DNA of 64,000 nt from Pseudomonadota bacterium (GCA_021324075.1 JAJPJW010000054.1:500-64499); one strand, 5' to 3'; positions 8,213 through 18,303 are shown, numbered from the stretch's first letter. Program-made: numbers and translations. Notes: generated by a model not told the origin, from the sequence alone.

Positions 8213-11158
8213 GTGCCTTCCAGGGAAAAAGGGAGCAGCCCCAAGAAAAATCCGGCCCATCCGGCCTTATTGGCCGTGATGGCTCTTCTGTTGCTTGCGG
8301 CATTCGTGTTCGGGCAGGTGGAGGTTTTGAAAGGACGAACGCTGACCGGCTTCGCCTTTTCACTGGCTGCGGTGGGATTGGGCCTTGCCTTGTACCTGGG
8401 AAAAGGACAACTGCCCAAGCTCGGGGTGAAGACACAAAGTCCCCGGCGAAAAAGCCGCGGTCCCAAGGGGCCGGGCGGATTCTTGAAAAACCTCGACCCA
8501 GTCTCCCTTTTAAAGGGTGCGGGTGTTCTGGCTGCGCTGGTACTGGCGGGTATGGGCCAATTCTATTTGTGCCAAGCGGGCGGTGATTCCACCCTGAAGG
8601 CCGGCCTTTGGTTTTTTTCCGCCGCGGCGGTATTGCTGGTGGCTTCCTTGTGGTCCTGGCGCCGGGAAGGCCTGAAGAACGCTCCCCTTGCCCCCTCCGC
8701 CGAATGGATCCTGCTGGGGCTTGTCCTCCTGATCGCGGTCTTCCTGAGGTCTTACCAAATCGCCTCCCTCCCCTCGGGGCTCTTCATCGACCAGGGCTTC
8801 CAGGGTTATTCAGCCCAACGCATCCTCCACGAAGGCTGGCGGCCTTTTTATGTCGAGGACATCTTCCATGCCTATTCGCTGGCGCTTTACCAGCTGGCCT
8901 TCTGGTTTAAGCTCTTCGGGGCGGGGGAGGTCAGCCTCAAGCTTTTCTACGCCTTCCTCGGCATCCTGGGTTTCCCCCTGGTTTACTGGTCCTTCCGTCA
9001 GCTGGCAGGCCCCCGGGTGGCCCTCTTGATCCTCTTTATCCTGGCCGTCATGCGCTGGAACTACCTTTTCAGCCGGAACGGTTTTCCCACGGTCCAGATG
9101 ATGCTCTACATGTTCGGGACGCTTTCCTTCCTCCTTTACGCCATCCTGCCCAAGAAACCTGCGGACCCGAAGCCGTTTTACAAGGCGGCCATCGCCGCCG
9201 CGGCCTTTTTTGTCCTCGGGGTTTTCCCCTTCGCGTTCTTTTCCCTCTTCTACACAGTGAAGGAAAAATCGGCGGTCCTGGCCGTTTTAGCCGTGTTGGC
9301 CGCCCTGGGCCTTCTGGCCCTCATGGCTTTCTTCATCTACCGGTCGAAAAACAGGCCCACCCTGGTGGCCACGCTTTTGGCTGCGGGTTTCTTCGTCTCC
9401 GGCTTTTATACTTACCAGGCCTATAAGGTCTTCCCGCTGCTTTTGGTCCTGTGGGCCCTCTATGAAGCGGTAGTGAACTGGAGGGAACTCAAGAAAAAAT
9501 GGCCTTATATCCTCCTCTTTGCCGTTCTTGCGGTGGTCCTGGTGCTTCCGGTTTTAGCCAACCCGAATACGCGCGAGAACGACCTTTCCATCTTCCCCCG
9601 GATCCGGGCGGAACACAGCCTCAGGCCCTTCCTGGAGGTGCTCTCCCGGACCGCAGTCATGTTCAACCGGCAGGGTGACCCGAACCCGCGGCATAACCTG
9701 CAGGACTACCGGATGCTGGACGACGTGTCGGGCGCTCTCCTTATCCTGGGGTTGGCCTATGCCCTCTTCCGCGCCAACCGGCGCAAGTATTTCTACGCCC
9801 TGGCGGGCTTTTTCGTCATGAGCCTGGCCTGCGTCCTTTCCATCGACGCGGCCCATGCCAACCGGCTCTTTGCCATGACTCCTTTCATCGCCTTCGTCAT
9901 TGCCGCACCCCTCAGCGCCCTTTGGGGGCGGTTGCGGGCGCTTTGGGGCGAAAAGGGGGAATGGGCCTTCCTGGTGGCCGCTGCGCCCTTCCTGGTGGCC
10001 ATGACGGACCAGAATTTCGACGTCTATTTCCATAAACAAGCCCGCAACCAGGCCTGCTGGAGCGAGTATTCCATTGCCGAGACTTCGGCCGGGCGCATGG
10101 TGGCCGACCATGGCGGCAATTATGATTATTACGTCACCCCCCGTTACTACAACTTTTATACCCTCGACTTCCTGGCCTATCCCTGGCTCAACCAGGTGAA
10201 GCCCCTCCTCCTGCCCGACAGCCTTGTTTCGCGCAGTCCCGGCACGTCACGGGGGCTCTATTACGCCCTGGAGCAGGGCCGCACGGGCGTTTTGGACATG
10301 CTCAAGACCCTCTATCCCGGGGGAACGGCGGAGTATTTGGTGGACCCGACAGGGAACACGGTGGAGTATTTCTACCGCGTCCCCCCGGAAGAAGCGGCGA
10401 AGGCCAAGGGCCTGACCGCCCGGTTTGACCCTCCCGCCGGTGGAAAGGCCGGGGCGCAGATCGACCGTTTCCCGGATGGATTGCCCCCCGGACCCTATCA
10501 CGCCGAATTGACCGGCAACCTTTATGTGCCTGTTACGGGGGATTACCAGTGGGAACTCAAGGGGAACGTCAAGGCGGGGTTGAAAGTGAAAGGATCGAGG
10601 CCCGGCCGTGGTTTTGCCCACCTGGACAAAGGGGAACATCCGGCCACGGTCGAACTGACGGTGCCCGAAGGGGTGACGCCTTCCCTCGTGATCCAGCAAG
10701 TCCCGGAGAAGGGCGTGGCCACCATCCTGGACGCAGGTTCTTTCGACAGCCTTCCATCGGCCAAGGGGTTATTGGGCCGTTATTTCAACAACTGGGACGG
10801 CGCAGGATCCCCCTTGTTGGCCGAATGGGACCCCATCCTCAATTTCACCAACGGCAACGACTTTTCCGTCCAACCTCCGCCCGCTTCGGTCCAATGGGCC
10901 GGCGAAATCGAGGTCCAAGAGGCAGGAACCTACCGCTTCCTGGGCAGCCCGCCCAATATTGCTTCCTTGAAGGTGGACGGGAAGGAGTGGCCGCTGGGGG
11001 AAGCCCAATCCAAGGGCCGTTCCCTTACGGCCGGAAGGCATTCCATCGAGCTGCGGGTGGGGAAGGGGCAGCGCTTCGACAATTTTTCGTTTTATTGGAC
11101 GCTTCCCGACGGAAAGACCGAGGTGGTTCCTTATTCAGTTTTAGGCGAGATCCGGTAA
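8213..11158 (+). CDS. Large GT-C-like polytopic membrane protein with two C-terminal PA14 domains.
   Basis: 981-aa ORF with a GTG start after an AAGGAG RBS. 'GLFIDQGFQGYSAQRILHEGWRPFY' resembles the first-loop motif of PMT_2 enzymes. 'GLLGRYFNNWDGAGSPLLAEWDPILNFTNG...FSVQWAGEIEVQEAGTYRFLGSPPNIASLKVDGKEW...FYWTLPDG' is a canonical PA14 signature, preceded by a second, weaker PA14-like unit. Confidence 0.65.
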   Translation: MPSREKGSSPKKNPAHPALLAVMALLLLAAFVFGQVEVLKGRTLTGFAFSLAAVGLGLALYLGKGQLPKLGVKTQSPRRKSRGPKGPGGFLKNLDPVSLLKGAGVLAALVLAGMGQFYLCQAGGDSTLKAGLWFFSAAAVLLVASLWSWRREGLKNAPLAPSAEWILLGLVLLIAVFLRSYQIASLPSGLFIDQGFQGYSAQRILHEGWRPFYVEDIFHAYSLALYQLAFWFKLFGAGEVSLKLFYAFLGILGFPLVYWSFRQLAGPRVALLILFILAVMRWNYLFSRNGFPTVQMMLYMFGTLSFLLYAILPKKPADPKPFYKAAIAAAAFFVLGVFPFAFFSLFYTVKEKSAVLAVLAVLAALGLLALMAFFIYRSKNRPTLVATLLAAGFFVSGFYTYQAYKVFPLLLVLWALYEAVVNWRELKKKWPYILLFAVLAVVLVLPVLANPNTRENDLSIFPRIRAEHSLRPFLEVLSRTAVMFNRQGDPNPRHNLQDYRMLDDVSGALLILGLAYALFRANRRKYFYALAGFFVMSLACVLSIDAAHANRLFAMTPFIAFVIAAPLSALWGRLRALWGEKGEWAFLVAAAPFLVAMTDQNFDVYFHKQARNQACWSEYSIAETSAGRMVADHGGNYDYYVTPRYYNFYTLDFLAYPWLNQVKPLLLPDSLVSRSPGTSRGLYYALEQGRTGVLDMLKTLYPGGTAEYLVDPTGNTVEYFYRVPPEEAAKAKGLTARFDPPAGGKAGAQIDRFPDGLPPGPYHAELTGNLYVPVTGDYQWELKGNVKAGLKVKGSRPGRGFAHLDKGEHPATVELTVPEGVTPSLVIQQVPEKGVATILDAGSFDSLPSAKGLLGRYFNNWDGAGSPLLAEWDPILNFTNGNDFSVQPPPASVQWAGEIEVQEAGTYRFLGSPPNIASLKVDGKEWPLGEAQSKGRSLTAGRHSIELRVGKGQRFDNFSFYWTLPDGKTEVVPYSVLGEIR

Positions 11159-11184
11159 GCTGGGTGTGGCTTTTGGGAAGACAG

Positions 11185-13149
11185 CTAGCGCCCGCTTCCC
11201 GGCACGGAATCGCCGGTGGAGTCGAACGGGACATCTTTTTCTTCGATCAAACTGCGGGCCAGTAATTCTGCGATAAGGTAATCCCCCATGGCGGTGTAAT
11301 GTTTCGAGAGATCCCGCTCGTTGACCGGATAAAAGGATGTTTTCAAAGTGTTATAGGCGGGGGCAATGTCAATCAGTGGGACTTGGTATTTGCCACAAAG
11401 TTCCCTCCAAAAATCCTCGAAAATATCCTGGGGCCAAGAGCGGTGGGGAACATAAACCGAAATGCATTTCGGTGCCAGGCCCCCGCTGGTTTTCATCCCC
11501 TGTAGCCTCTGTGAGAAGACCTGCAAAGCATGGCCGATCATTTCCAAAAGATCCTGATATACCTCGGGATCATCCATTTTGGTGTATTTCCCATAGTCAT
11601 TCGAGGGGAAGGCAGATCCCTCCTGGCACCAACCCTTTTCGAGGCAATGCCGGTAAAAACGGGTGGGCGCTCCCGGGGGAATGCGGGATGAAAGGGGCTT
11701 GAGAAGGTATTCCCCGTCCAGGGCCTTGGGGACCCCGTCCGCATCGACGGGTTTGCTGTAATAATCCATCCAAACCATGGACCACAAGGACAGGACGAGG
11801 TCCACGTCGTAATCCTTCGCCACTTCCAATCCCTGGGTGTTCCCGAAAAACGCCGGGTTTTGGCCCGGATGGCCCAGCATCAGCACTTCGAAATGGATGT
11901 CGCTTCCCCTTAAAGCCGCCTCGGTGTTCAAGATGAGTTCCAGGCGCTTGGGAATGGTGTAAATCCGCAGCGATTCCCCCTTCCAAGCAGGGTCTTTTCC
12001 CTCCTTTTCCGCCAGGGTGGGTGCGTTCACCAGGCGCGAGTCACCCAGCATGAGGATTCGGAAGGTCTTGGGGGGTTTCTTGACGGGGTACCGAAAATCC
12101 AGCGGGGAGTCCGTCGAATACCAGGTTGAGTCAAAATCATAATCCTTCACACTGATGATATTTTGGAAACCGTATCCGGGATAAGCGATGAGCAGCTTCC
12201 TTGCCTCGATGGTTGAGGCCGCGAAGCCGACGGGCGTCCCGCTTTGGAATTGGAGGAGGGGCTCCAAATCACCGGGGGCGTTATTGTCGATGAAATCCCA
12301 GGGCGTCGCCAGGCTGACAGGCGCGTAGGCGGGCGCGACCCTGGCGAGGGGGTCTTTTCCGGCCTGCAAAGCATAAAGGAGGCCATCGGATGCGGCCAAT
12401 TCGGTAATGTGGTCCCCGCTGCCGATCGCCGTCAGTGAAACTGAAAACCGGGAGGGAAGGGTTGTGGCCTGGGCGTCCACGCCGTAAACCGTCGGCAAAT
12501 CGGCGTCCGCAACGCAGATCTTGTCGTGGTACCAGCAGAGGGCCTTCGGGTGGGGCAATTGGTCATTATGGAGCAGTAGAGTTGCGGCCCTTGCGGTTTT
12601 CAGGTCGAGCCGGACCAACTCGGTTTCCTTGGGGAGGGAAAGATAGAGGCTGTCCTCCTTGGGGGAATAGGCCATATTCCAAAACTTCCCCGGTGCGGCC
12701 AGGGTCGATGTCTTCTTTGAGGCCAAATCGATAAGGCGCAGAAGTCCGTTTCCCGCATCGCCGACCGCCAGACGGCTGCTGGGAAGCAGGGAAAGGCAAT
12801 TGGGCCCGTTGAACGAAGCGCTTGCAAGGGGACCGTCGGCCTTCCCGGCCGTGCCGGTGCCGGCCAGCGTTTCAACCCTGTTGTTTTCGTGAAGGTAAAC
12901 CACCCGGATACGGTGATTGCCGGAGTCGGCCACGAAAAGGCGGTCGCCTTTTTCGTCCACGGCCAAGCCGGAGGGGGAGCTAAACCGCGCCTCATAAAAG
13001 GGGCCGTCCTTAAATCCGGAGCAGTCCCCACCCGCCACCAGGTTGTTGAAAGAGTCCACGGGGGTGATGGGGCGGCCAGCGGACGGGAGAAGGACAGCCA
13101 AAATAAAAAAGATGACCTGTTGAAAATGCAAAAGGGACCGGTTCAACAA
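11185..13149 (-). CDS. Secreted NHL-repeat beta-propeller protein fused to a C-terminal SGNH/GDSL-like hydrolase domain.
   Basis: N-terminal signal peptide. NHL-type repeats ('LFVADSGNHRIRVV', 'LAVGDAGNGLLRLI'). A GDS(L)-type block 'FRILMLGDSRLVN' starts the C-terminal ~300 aa. Confidence 0.6.
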   Translation of the reverse strand: MLNRSLLHFQQVIFFILAVLLPSAGRPITPVDSFNNLVAGGDCSGFKDGPFYEARFSSPSGLAVDEKGDRLFVADSGNHRIRVVYLHENNRVETLAGTGTAGKADGPLASASFNGPNCLSLLPSSRLAVGDAGNGLLRLIDLASKKTSTLAAPGKFWNMAYSPKEDSLYLSLPKETELVRLDLKTARAATLLLHNDQLPHPKALCWYHDKICVADADLPTVYGVDAQATTLPSRFSVSLTAIGSGDHITELAASDGLLYALQAGKDPLARVAPAYAPVSLATPWDFIDNNAPGDLEPLLQFQSGTPVGFAASTIEARKLLIAYPGYGFQNIISVKDYDFDSTWYSTDSPLDFRYPVKKPPKTFRILMLGDSRLVNAPTLAEKEGKDPAWKGESLRIYTIPKRLELILNTEAALRGSDIHFEVLMLGHPGQNPAFFGNTQGLEVAKDYDVDLVLSLWSMVWMDYYSKPVDADGVPKALDGEYLLKPLSSRIPPGAPTRFYRHCLEKGWCQEGSAFPSNDYGKYTKMDDPEVYQDLLEMIGHALQVFSQRLQGMKTSGGLAPKCISVYVPHRSWPQDIFEDFWRELCGKYQVPLIDIAPAYNTLKTSFYPVNERDLSKHYTAMGDYLIAELLARSLIEEKDVPFDSTGDSVPGSGR

Positions 13150-13243
13150 AGACTCCTCAAGTTCATAAAAACATACCGCGTTTTTTAAGAAACACCAAAC
13201 GGCGACAGGGCAGGTTTAAAAGCGGCGATGAAGACCGAAGAGG

Positions 13244-13936
13244 CTATGGGATGAACTTTAAATCGACCCAATCCACGTTGCTTTCGGTATTGGTGAACTC
13301 GGTGTTGTCCGCGCAGAGGACGAGTTCCTTGGCTCCGGCGACGGGCACGTCGATGGGAAAGGCTTCCGCGTCCGACTTCATCTTGGGACTCCTGAAAATT
13401 TCGCGCCCATCGGCCAGGACGACGTAGACCACCCCCCAATCAGGGCTGGAAGTGGAGTCCTGCCCCACTTTGCAGGAAAAGTGGCCGGCCTTCCCTTGCA
13501 AATCAAAGGCGATCTTGGAAGGCGCATGGGTACCGAACCCGTTTTGGAAGGTCGTTCCATGGATAACCAGCGGCCTCCCGTCGATATTCAGGTTCACCTT
13601 GGGCGGAAGGGTAAAGGTGACGTTGGAGATTTTTTCGCCTAAATAGCCGAATTTGTTGCGGATGTCGTCCGATACGGGGCCGGTCCAAGCGGCGTAACCC
13701 CATTCAGCGGGAATGCCGTCCACGGTTGCGTCCAACTTGTGCCTTTCGAAACCGTCTTGTCCGGACCAGAGGCGGACCATGCGGAGGGAAGGCTGAAGGA
13801 CTGGCAAGAAGGCCAGGGCCAAAAGAAGGGCGGCCGCAAGGGCTGGGAGGGCACCGGTATTTTGGGAGGCCGGAGAGGCTTTCATCGGGGCCTTGCCCTT
13901 GGTTTTTTCGGTTCGGGACCGGACTTGTTTCGGCAT
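13244..13936 (-). CDS. Secreted or membrane-anchored NPCBM-like (NEW2) carbohydrate-binding domain protein.
   Basis: N-terminal hydrophobic anchor. 'NIDGRPLVIHGTTFQNGFGTHAPSKIAFDLQGKAGHFSCKVGQDSTS...VVYVVLADGREIF' matches the NPCBM consensus (IDGK..Y..G.G.HA.S.I.Y.L...F...VG.DD). Confidence 0.55.
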   Translation of the reverse strand: MPKQVRSRTEKTKGKAPMKASPASQNTGALPALAAALLLALAFLPVLQPSLRMVRLWSGQDGFERHKLDATVDGIPAEWGYAAWTGPVSDDIRNKFGYLGEKISNVTFTLPPKVNLNIDGRPLVIHGTTFQNGFGTHAPSKIAFDLQGKAGHFSCKVGQDSTSSPDWGVVYVVLADGREIFRSPKMKSDAEAFPIDVPVAGAKELVLCADNTEFTNTESNVDWVDLKFIP

Positions 13937-13950
13937 CGTTTATCCCCGGA

Positions 13951-16479
13951 TCATTGAGGTTTTAATTCGCTGGAGGGAATCATGTCCCAGCCCGTCACGT
14001 CTTGTTCCAAAAAGTTAAGGTCGAAATTGCCGGGGCTTTGGAGGGTAAAGCGGATTTTAAAAGGCACCCCGTTCCCGGTTTTGGCGGGGCATTGAACCTC
14101 GGTGCGTTTGAAGTGACCGGCCCCCTCGACGTGGAAGCGCTGCCCACCGACAAGTCCCTCCGCTTTGCCACCGGTTTCGACCGCCAAGAGCTTGCCGGCG
14201 GCATCCTCCAGGACCCCTTGGGCCGTAAAATAGGAGGCTTTATCCCAGGGCACAGGCGCCGGGTTGCCGTTCAACCATTCCTGGTTCAAGGCCTTTGCCG
14301 CAAGGGTGGGAACGGTCATCTTCCCCAAAAGGTGGTTTTGGGTGTCGAACCAACTTAGGGTCATGCCTCCAGGAGGGGTCCGGGCCGGTTGGGACAGGGC
14401 CTGCTGGATTTGGGCCGGGGTGATTTCCCAAACCCGCATTTCAACGTCCCCAAAGGGGTTGAGGATCTCCTGGGGGTGGGCTTCCGGATAGTAATACTGG
14501 ATCCAATCCTGCAAAGCTCGCCCATCCTCGTCGTGCAACAACAAGGCGGCGCCTTTTTCACCGGCTTTTTTGAGGGGCAGGGGGAAGGGATCGGGCTTGA
14601 AAAGGACCCGGTTGGCGACGGAAGCCATGACTTCCGACATGGGATAGGACAATCCCCCTTCCGGGGCATAGGGGAAGTAAAGGCCCCATTGGACATCCAC
14701 GTAAGTGTCCCAGCCGCGGATATATTTGGCGCTGACTTTCCCCAAAGTGTAATGCTCACCGCTTTGGTTGGAGCCGTCGGACCAATAGGCGTATTTGGCC
14801 AGGGGAAGCCGGTGAAAGAAAGCGTCGTAATGCCATCCGATGGAAAAGATACCGAAGAGAAACATCAAAACAAGCCGGAGCCAACCGCCCTTGGATCCCA
14901 GGGGTGAAGCCACGATTCTTCCCAAACGGTCCAGGCCGATTCCCACCAAAAGGTAAACAAAGGGCGCGACGGACAACATCCGCCAGGGGAGGGTTGGGGC
15001 GTTGGTCATGAAAGCGGGGGCAAGGTTTCCGCCGAACCCCATTAATAAGATAAAGAAAGGCGGTTTGAAGAACCGACGCAAAGTCCAACCTAGGCCGGCC
15101 AGGAAAGCCAGGCCCTCCCAAGGGCTCAGGCGTGGGAGGTATTCGGTCAAGCCGTCGGTCGTTTGAACGTTGAAAGACTGCAGGTCCGTCAGGATGTTAG
15201 CCCATGGAATGGAGAACTTCCCCCCGCCCCAGGCCGCATCCCGGGCAAATACTTCGTTTCCGAGCACCAAAGGGTTGGCTGTGTGTTGGTAGTAAAGGAT
15301 CATCGGCAAATACCAGAGGAAAGCGACGCCCCAAGCCAGGGCCCAGGATTTTTTTTGCCCGAGCAGTTCCGAACGGTGGAAGTAGCAAAGAATGGCCAAG
15401 GAGAGGATAGCGAAGACCAGGAAAACCCGCCCTTGGACCGAGGTCATGAGATAGCAGGGAATAAGGGCGCCGAAAAGGAGATAGTCCTTCGTCTGCCCGT
15501 ATTCGAGGGCCCGGGCGAAAAAGAAGAGGGAAGCGCATTCCAACAGGGGAGTCAGGCCGTTTCCTCCGGTCGTGACATGACCGAAATAAACCACCCAATA
15601 ACAGGAAGAAAAAAGGAGAGTGGCTAATAATGCGGAATACTTGGGAAGGTAAAAACGCAGGAAACCAAAAAGGAAAAAATAACTTCCGAAAACCACGAGG
15701 CCCATGCAGAGGGTACCTTTGACGAGGGAGGAGCCCACCAATTTGAAAAAGGAACCCATCAGGTAAAAAGCAAAGGCCGGATTGCCCAGGGACCAACCAT
15801 CCATGTAAGGGGTAGTCCAAACACCGCCTTGGTCCGGATTTTTCAGGTAGTTGTTTGCCAAATCCACGGATACGTAAGCGTCGATGTTGTGGCCGATGGC
15901 ATAAACATCCCAGCCATAAAGCAAGAAGAAGGCGCCTACCAGGGCAATCAACAGCCACGGCCAAAGTTTTTGGAAGGCCGTGCCGGGCGTTTTTTCCGGG
16001 GGCTCGGCGCTAAACAGTACCGAATGCTTTTCAAGGACGGATAAGAGGCCGCCAAATATTCCCAAGGCGATCAAAAGGGGTATCCACTGCCCTTGGTGGA
16101 TGAAGTAATGAGATGCGCCCAGGATAGCCAGCAGGCACAGGCCAAGGGGGGCGTTCCGTTTCCAGTCCCATTCTTCTTGGACGTCGACGCCTTGAAGATC
16201 GGAGCCGGAAAAGGCCCTGAACCCCGGCACGGGGGAGAACCAGACCCGTATCAGGTAGACGCAGACGGCCCATAACAGGATACCGACGAGCGAATGATCG
16301 AAGGTGGGGTGGGTTTCAATAAGGAAGGCACCTAAAAGCAAGGTCCCGATGACCATGGTGAGGCGGTCGTAAGGGATGGGAGGATTTTTAAGGGTTTCGA
16401 TGAAACTTAAAAAAAAGGAGAAGAATTTATTGGAACCAGGCTGTTTGGAGCGGGGCGTGGATTTAGCTTGTTTTTCCAT
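13951..16479 (-). CDS. Large polytopic membrane protein, a putative GT-C-type glycosyltransferase, with a C-terminal soluble beta-rich domain.
   Basis: 842-aa ORF with a Lys-rich N-terminal tail and more than 12 hydrophobic segments over ~550 aa, then a ~280-aa hydrophilic C-terminus. It is first in a minus-strand operon with the NPCBM and NHL/SGNH genes. Confidence 0.45.
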   Translation of the reverse strand: MEKQAKSTPRSKQPGSNKFFSFFLSFIETLKNPPIPYDRLTMVIGTLLLGAFLIETHPTFDHSLVGILLWAVCVYLIRVWFSPVPGFRAFSGSDLQGVDVQEEWDWKRNAPLGLCLLAILGASHYFIHQGQWIPLLIALGIFGGLLSVLEKHSVLFSAEPPEKTPGTAFQKLWPWLLIALVGAFFLLYGWDVYAIGHNIDAYVSVDLANNYLKNPDQGGVWTTPYMDGWSLGNPAFAFYLMGSFFKLVGSSLVKGTLCMGLVVFGSYFFLFGFLRFYLPKYSALLATLLFSSCYWVVYFGHVTTGGNGLTPLLECASLFFFARALEYGQTKDYLLFGALIPCYLMTSVQGRVFLVFAILSLAILCYFHRSELLGQKKSWALAWGVAFLWYLPMILYYQHTANPLVLGNEVFARDAAWGGGKFSIPWANILTDLQSFNVQTTDGLTEYLPRLSPWEGLAFLAGLGWTLRRFFKPPFFILLMGFGGNLAPAFMTNAPTLPWRMLSVAPFVYLLVGIGLDRLGRIVASPLGSKGGWLRLVLMFLFGIFSIGWHYDAFFHRLPLAKYAYWSDGSNQSGEHYTLGKVSAKYIRGWDTYVDVQWGLYFPYAPEGGLSYPMSEVMASVANRVLFKPDPFPLPLKKAGEKGAALLLHDEDGRALQDWIQYYYPEAHPQEILNPFGDVEMRVWEITPAQIQQALSQPARTPPGGMTLSWFDTQNHLLGKMTVPTLAAKALNQEWLNGNPAPVPWDKASYFTAQGVLEDAAGKLLAVETGGKAEGLVGGQRFHVEGAGHFKRTEVQCPAKTGNGVPFKIRFTLQSPGNFDLNFLEQDVTGWDMIPSSELKPQ

Positions 16480-16818
16480 TTTTTTCGGGGGAATCCAGCC
16501 TTAAAAATTGCCGACAATATGGGCTAGGTATACTCCAAAGGTCCCGATCCGTCAAGGAAACACCCGGTACGGGACATGAATAGGTGGTTCGTCTTTCGTT
16601 TCGAAAAGAGAGAACGGGTCGGGAGATGGTCCGGATCCGGGGGGCCCTTGGGTCGTTCGGCAGTCCCTTTTTTTGCCATCCGCTAAAGATGAGTTAAGTT
16701 TGGAAAGCCCCAAGCAAGTTTGAATTGAGGCGCCATTTCTTTGGCCGTGGAAATGGCAACGAATGTGATAAACTTGGCAAACCAGCTTTTCGAATCCGAT
16801 ATTTAACCCGGGTAACCC

Positions 16819-17523
16819 ATGCCAAGATCTTCTTCCTTCCGCACGGATTTCGAGAACCACAAGGACACTTACCGGCAGGAAATCCAAAATTCCATTTCCT
16901 TTATCGGCCAAAACCTGGATTTTTTCACGCAAGTCAAGGTGGATTGCCTGTTGGACTTGACGCGCCGCTATGTGGGCGGCTCCAACCGGTTGAAAATCCT
17001 GGACGTGGGTTGCGGGGTCGGGATCACGGACCAGTATTTAACCGGCTATTACCAAAAGCTTTACGGTGTGGACCTAAGTCCCGGGGTGGTTCGCAAGGCC
17101 AAACAGTTGAATCCGCGGGCCAGCTACCGGCATTATGCGGGGCGCACCCTTCCCTATGCCTCCAATTCCATGGATGTTACCTTCGCCATCTGCGTCATGC
17201 ACCATGTGCCGCCCGAAGGGCTGGGCCGTTTCGCTTTGGAAATGACAAGGGTCACGCGAAAAGGGGGCCTGGTCGTGGTCATCGAGCATAATCCCTGGAA
17301 TCCCCTGACCCAGATTGCGGTTTCCCGGTGTGAAATGGACGACGACGCCATTCTTTTAAGAAGCCGGAAGGTCGAAGAGCTTTTAAAAGTAAATGGAGAT
17401 ATCGTCGAGAAAAGGTACATCCTGTTCACGCCTTTTCCGGTGCGTCCCTTTCGGTTTTTGGCCCCCTTCCTCGGCAAATTTCCATTGGGTGCCCAGTACT
17501 ACGTCGCCGCCAGGAAAAAATAG
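16819..17523 (+). CDS. Class I SAM-dependent methyltransferase (Methyltransf_11/12 type).
   Basis: Motif I 'ILDVGCGVGITDQYL', followed by an acidic post-motif and 'VMHHVPPEG'. Confidence 0.75.
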   Translation: MPRSSSFRTDFENHKDTYRQEIQNSISFIGQNLDFFTQVKVDCLLDLTRRYVGGSNRLKILDVGCGVGITDQYLTGYYQKLYGVDLSPGVVRKAKQLNPRASYRHYAGRTLPYASNSMDVTFAICVMHHVPPEGLGRFALEMTRVTRKGGLVVVIEHNPWNPLTQIAVSRCEMDDDAILLRSRKVEELLKVNGDIVEKRYILFTPFPVRPFRFLAPFLGKFPLGAQYYVAARKK

Positions 17524-17549
17524 GCGTTCGAGAACGCGAGGAGGCCCCA

Positions 17550-18245
17550 TTGGGCAAGAAGGTCGCGATCCTTCAATCCAATTACATTCCGTGGAAGGGC
17601 TATTTCGACATCATCCATAGCGTTGATTTGTTCGTTTTTTACGACGACGTCCAGTTCACGAAGAACGACTGGCGGAACCGCAACAAAATCAAGACCCCCA
17701 ACAGAAGCCAATGGTTGACCATCCCCACGGGCTACCACAACGACCAACTCATCAATGAAGTTACCCTGCCTTCCAAAGACTGGCAGGAGAAGCATTGGAA
17801 GACCCTGACCCAGTACTACGTCCGGGCCCCCTATTTCAAAACCTACGAGCCCCTTTTGCGGAAAATCTACCTCGAAGCCGAGTGGAAGTTCCTTTCGCCC
17901 CTGAACCAATCCCTCATCCGTCTGATCTCCAAGGACATCCTGGGGTTGCCGACGGAATTCGCCCAGTCTTCGGATTTCGAGCTTCCGGGTAAAAAGACCG
18001 AACGGTTGATCGAACTTTTGAAGAAATGCGGCGCCGATTATTACCTTTCGGGCCCCGCGGCCAAGGATTACCTGAAAGAAGAAGCCTTTGAACAGGAGGG
18101 AATCCGGCTAGAATACAAGGACTATTCGGGCTATCCCGAATACCCCCAGTTTTACCCGCCCTTTGAACATTCGGTGACGATCCTGGACCTGTTATTCCAC
18201 ACGGGGCCCAAGGCTTCGGATTATATCTGGGGATGGCGGAACTAG
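17550..18245 (+). CDS. WbqC-like family protein (O-antigen/aminosugar cluster-associated).
   Basis: The N-terminus 'VAILQSNYIPWKGYFDIIHSVDLFVFYDDVQF' is the WbqC family signature. Confidence 0.7.
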   Translation: MGKKVAILQSNYIPWKGYFDIIHSVDLFVFYDDVQFTKNDWRNRNKIKTPNRSQWLTIPTGYHNDQLINEVTLPSKDWQEKHWKTLTQYYVRAPYFKTYEPLLRKIYLEAEWKFLSPLNQSLIRLISKDILGLPTEFAQSSDFELPGKKTERLIELLKKCGADYYLSGPAAKDYLKEEAFEQEGIRLEYKDYSGYPEYPQFYPPFEHSVTILDLLFHTGPKASDYIWGWRN

Positions 18246-18303
18246 CGGGGCGGAAGGCCGGACCCGGATTTTATCCTGGTTTGTTTAAAGCAAGGAGCCT
18301 TTC

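Noticed and set aside
16508-16534. TTGCCG-N15-TATACT promoter-like sequence upstream of the methyltransferase operon.
   Set aside because: It is plausible, but the spacer is short and it lies 280 nt from the start codon. I cannot tell it from chance in an AT-richer divergent region, so I kept it as a note only.
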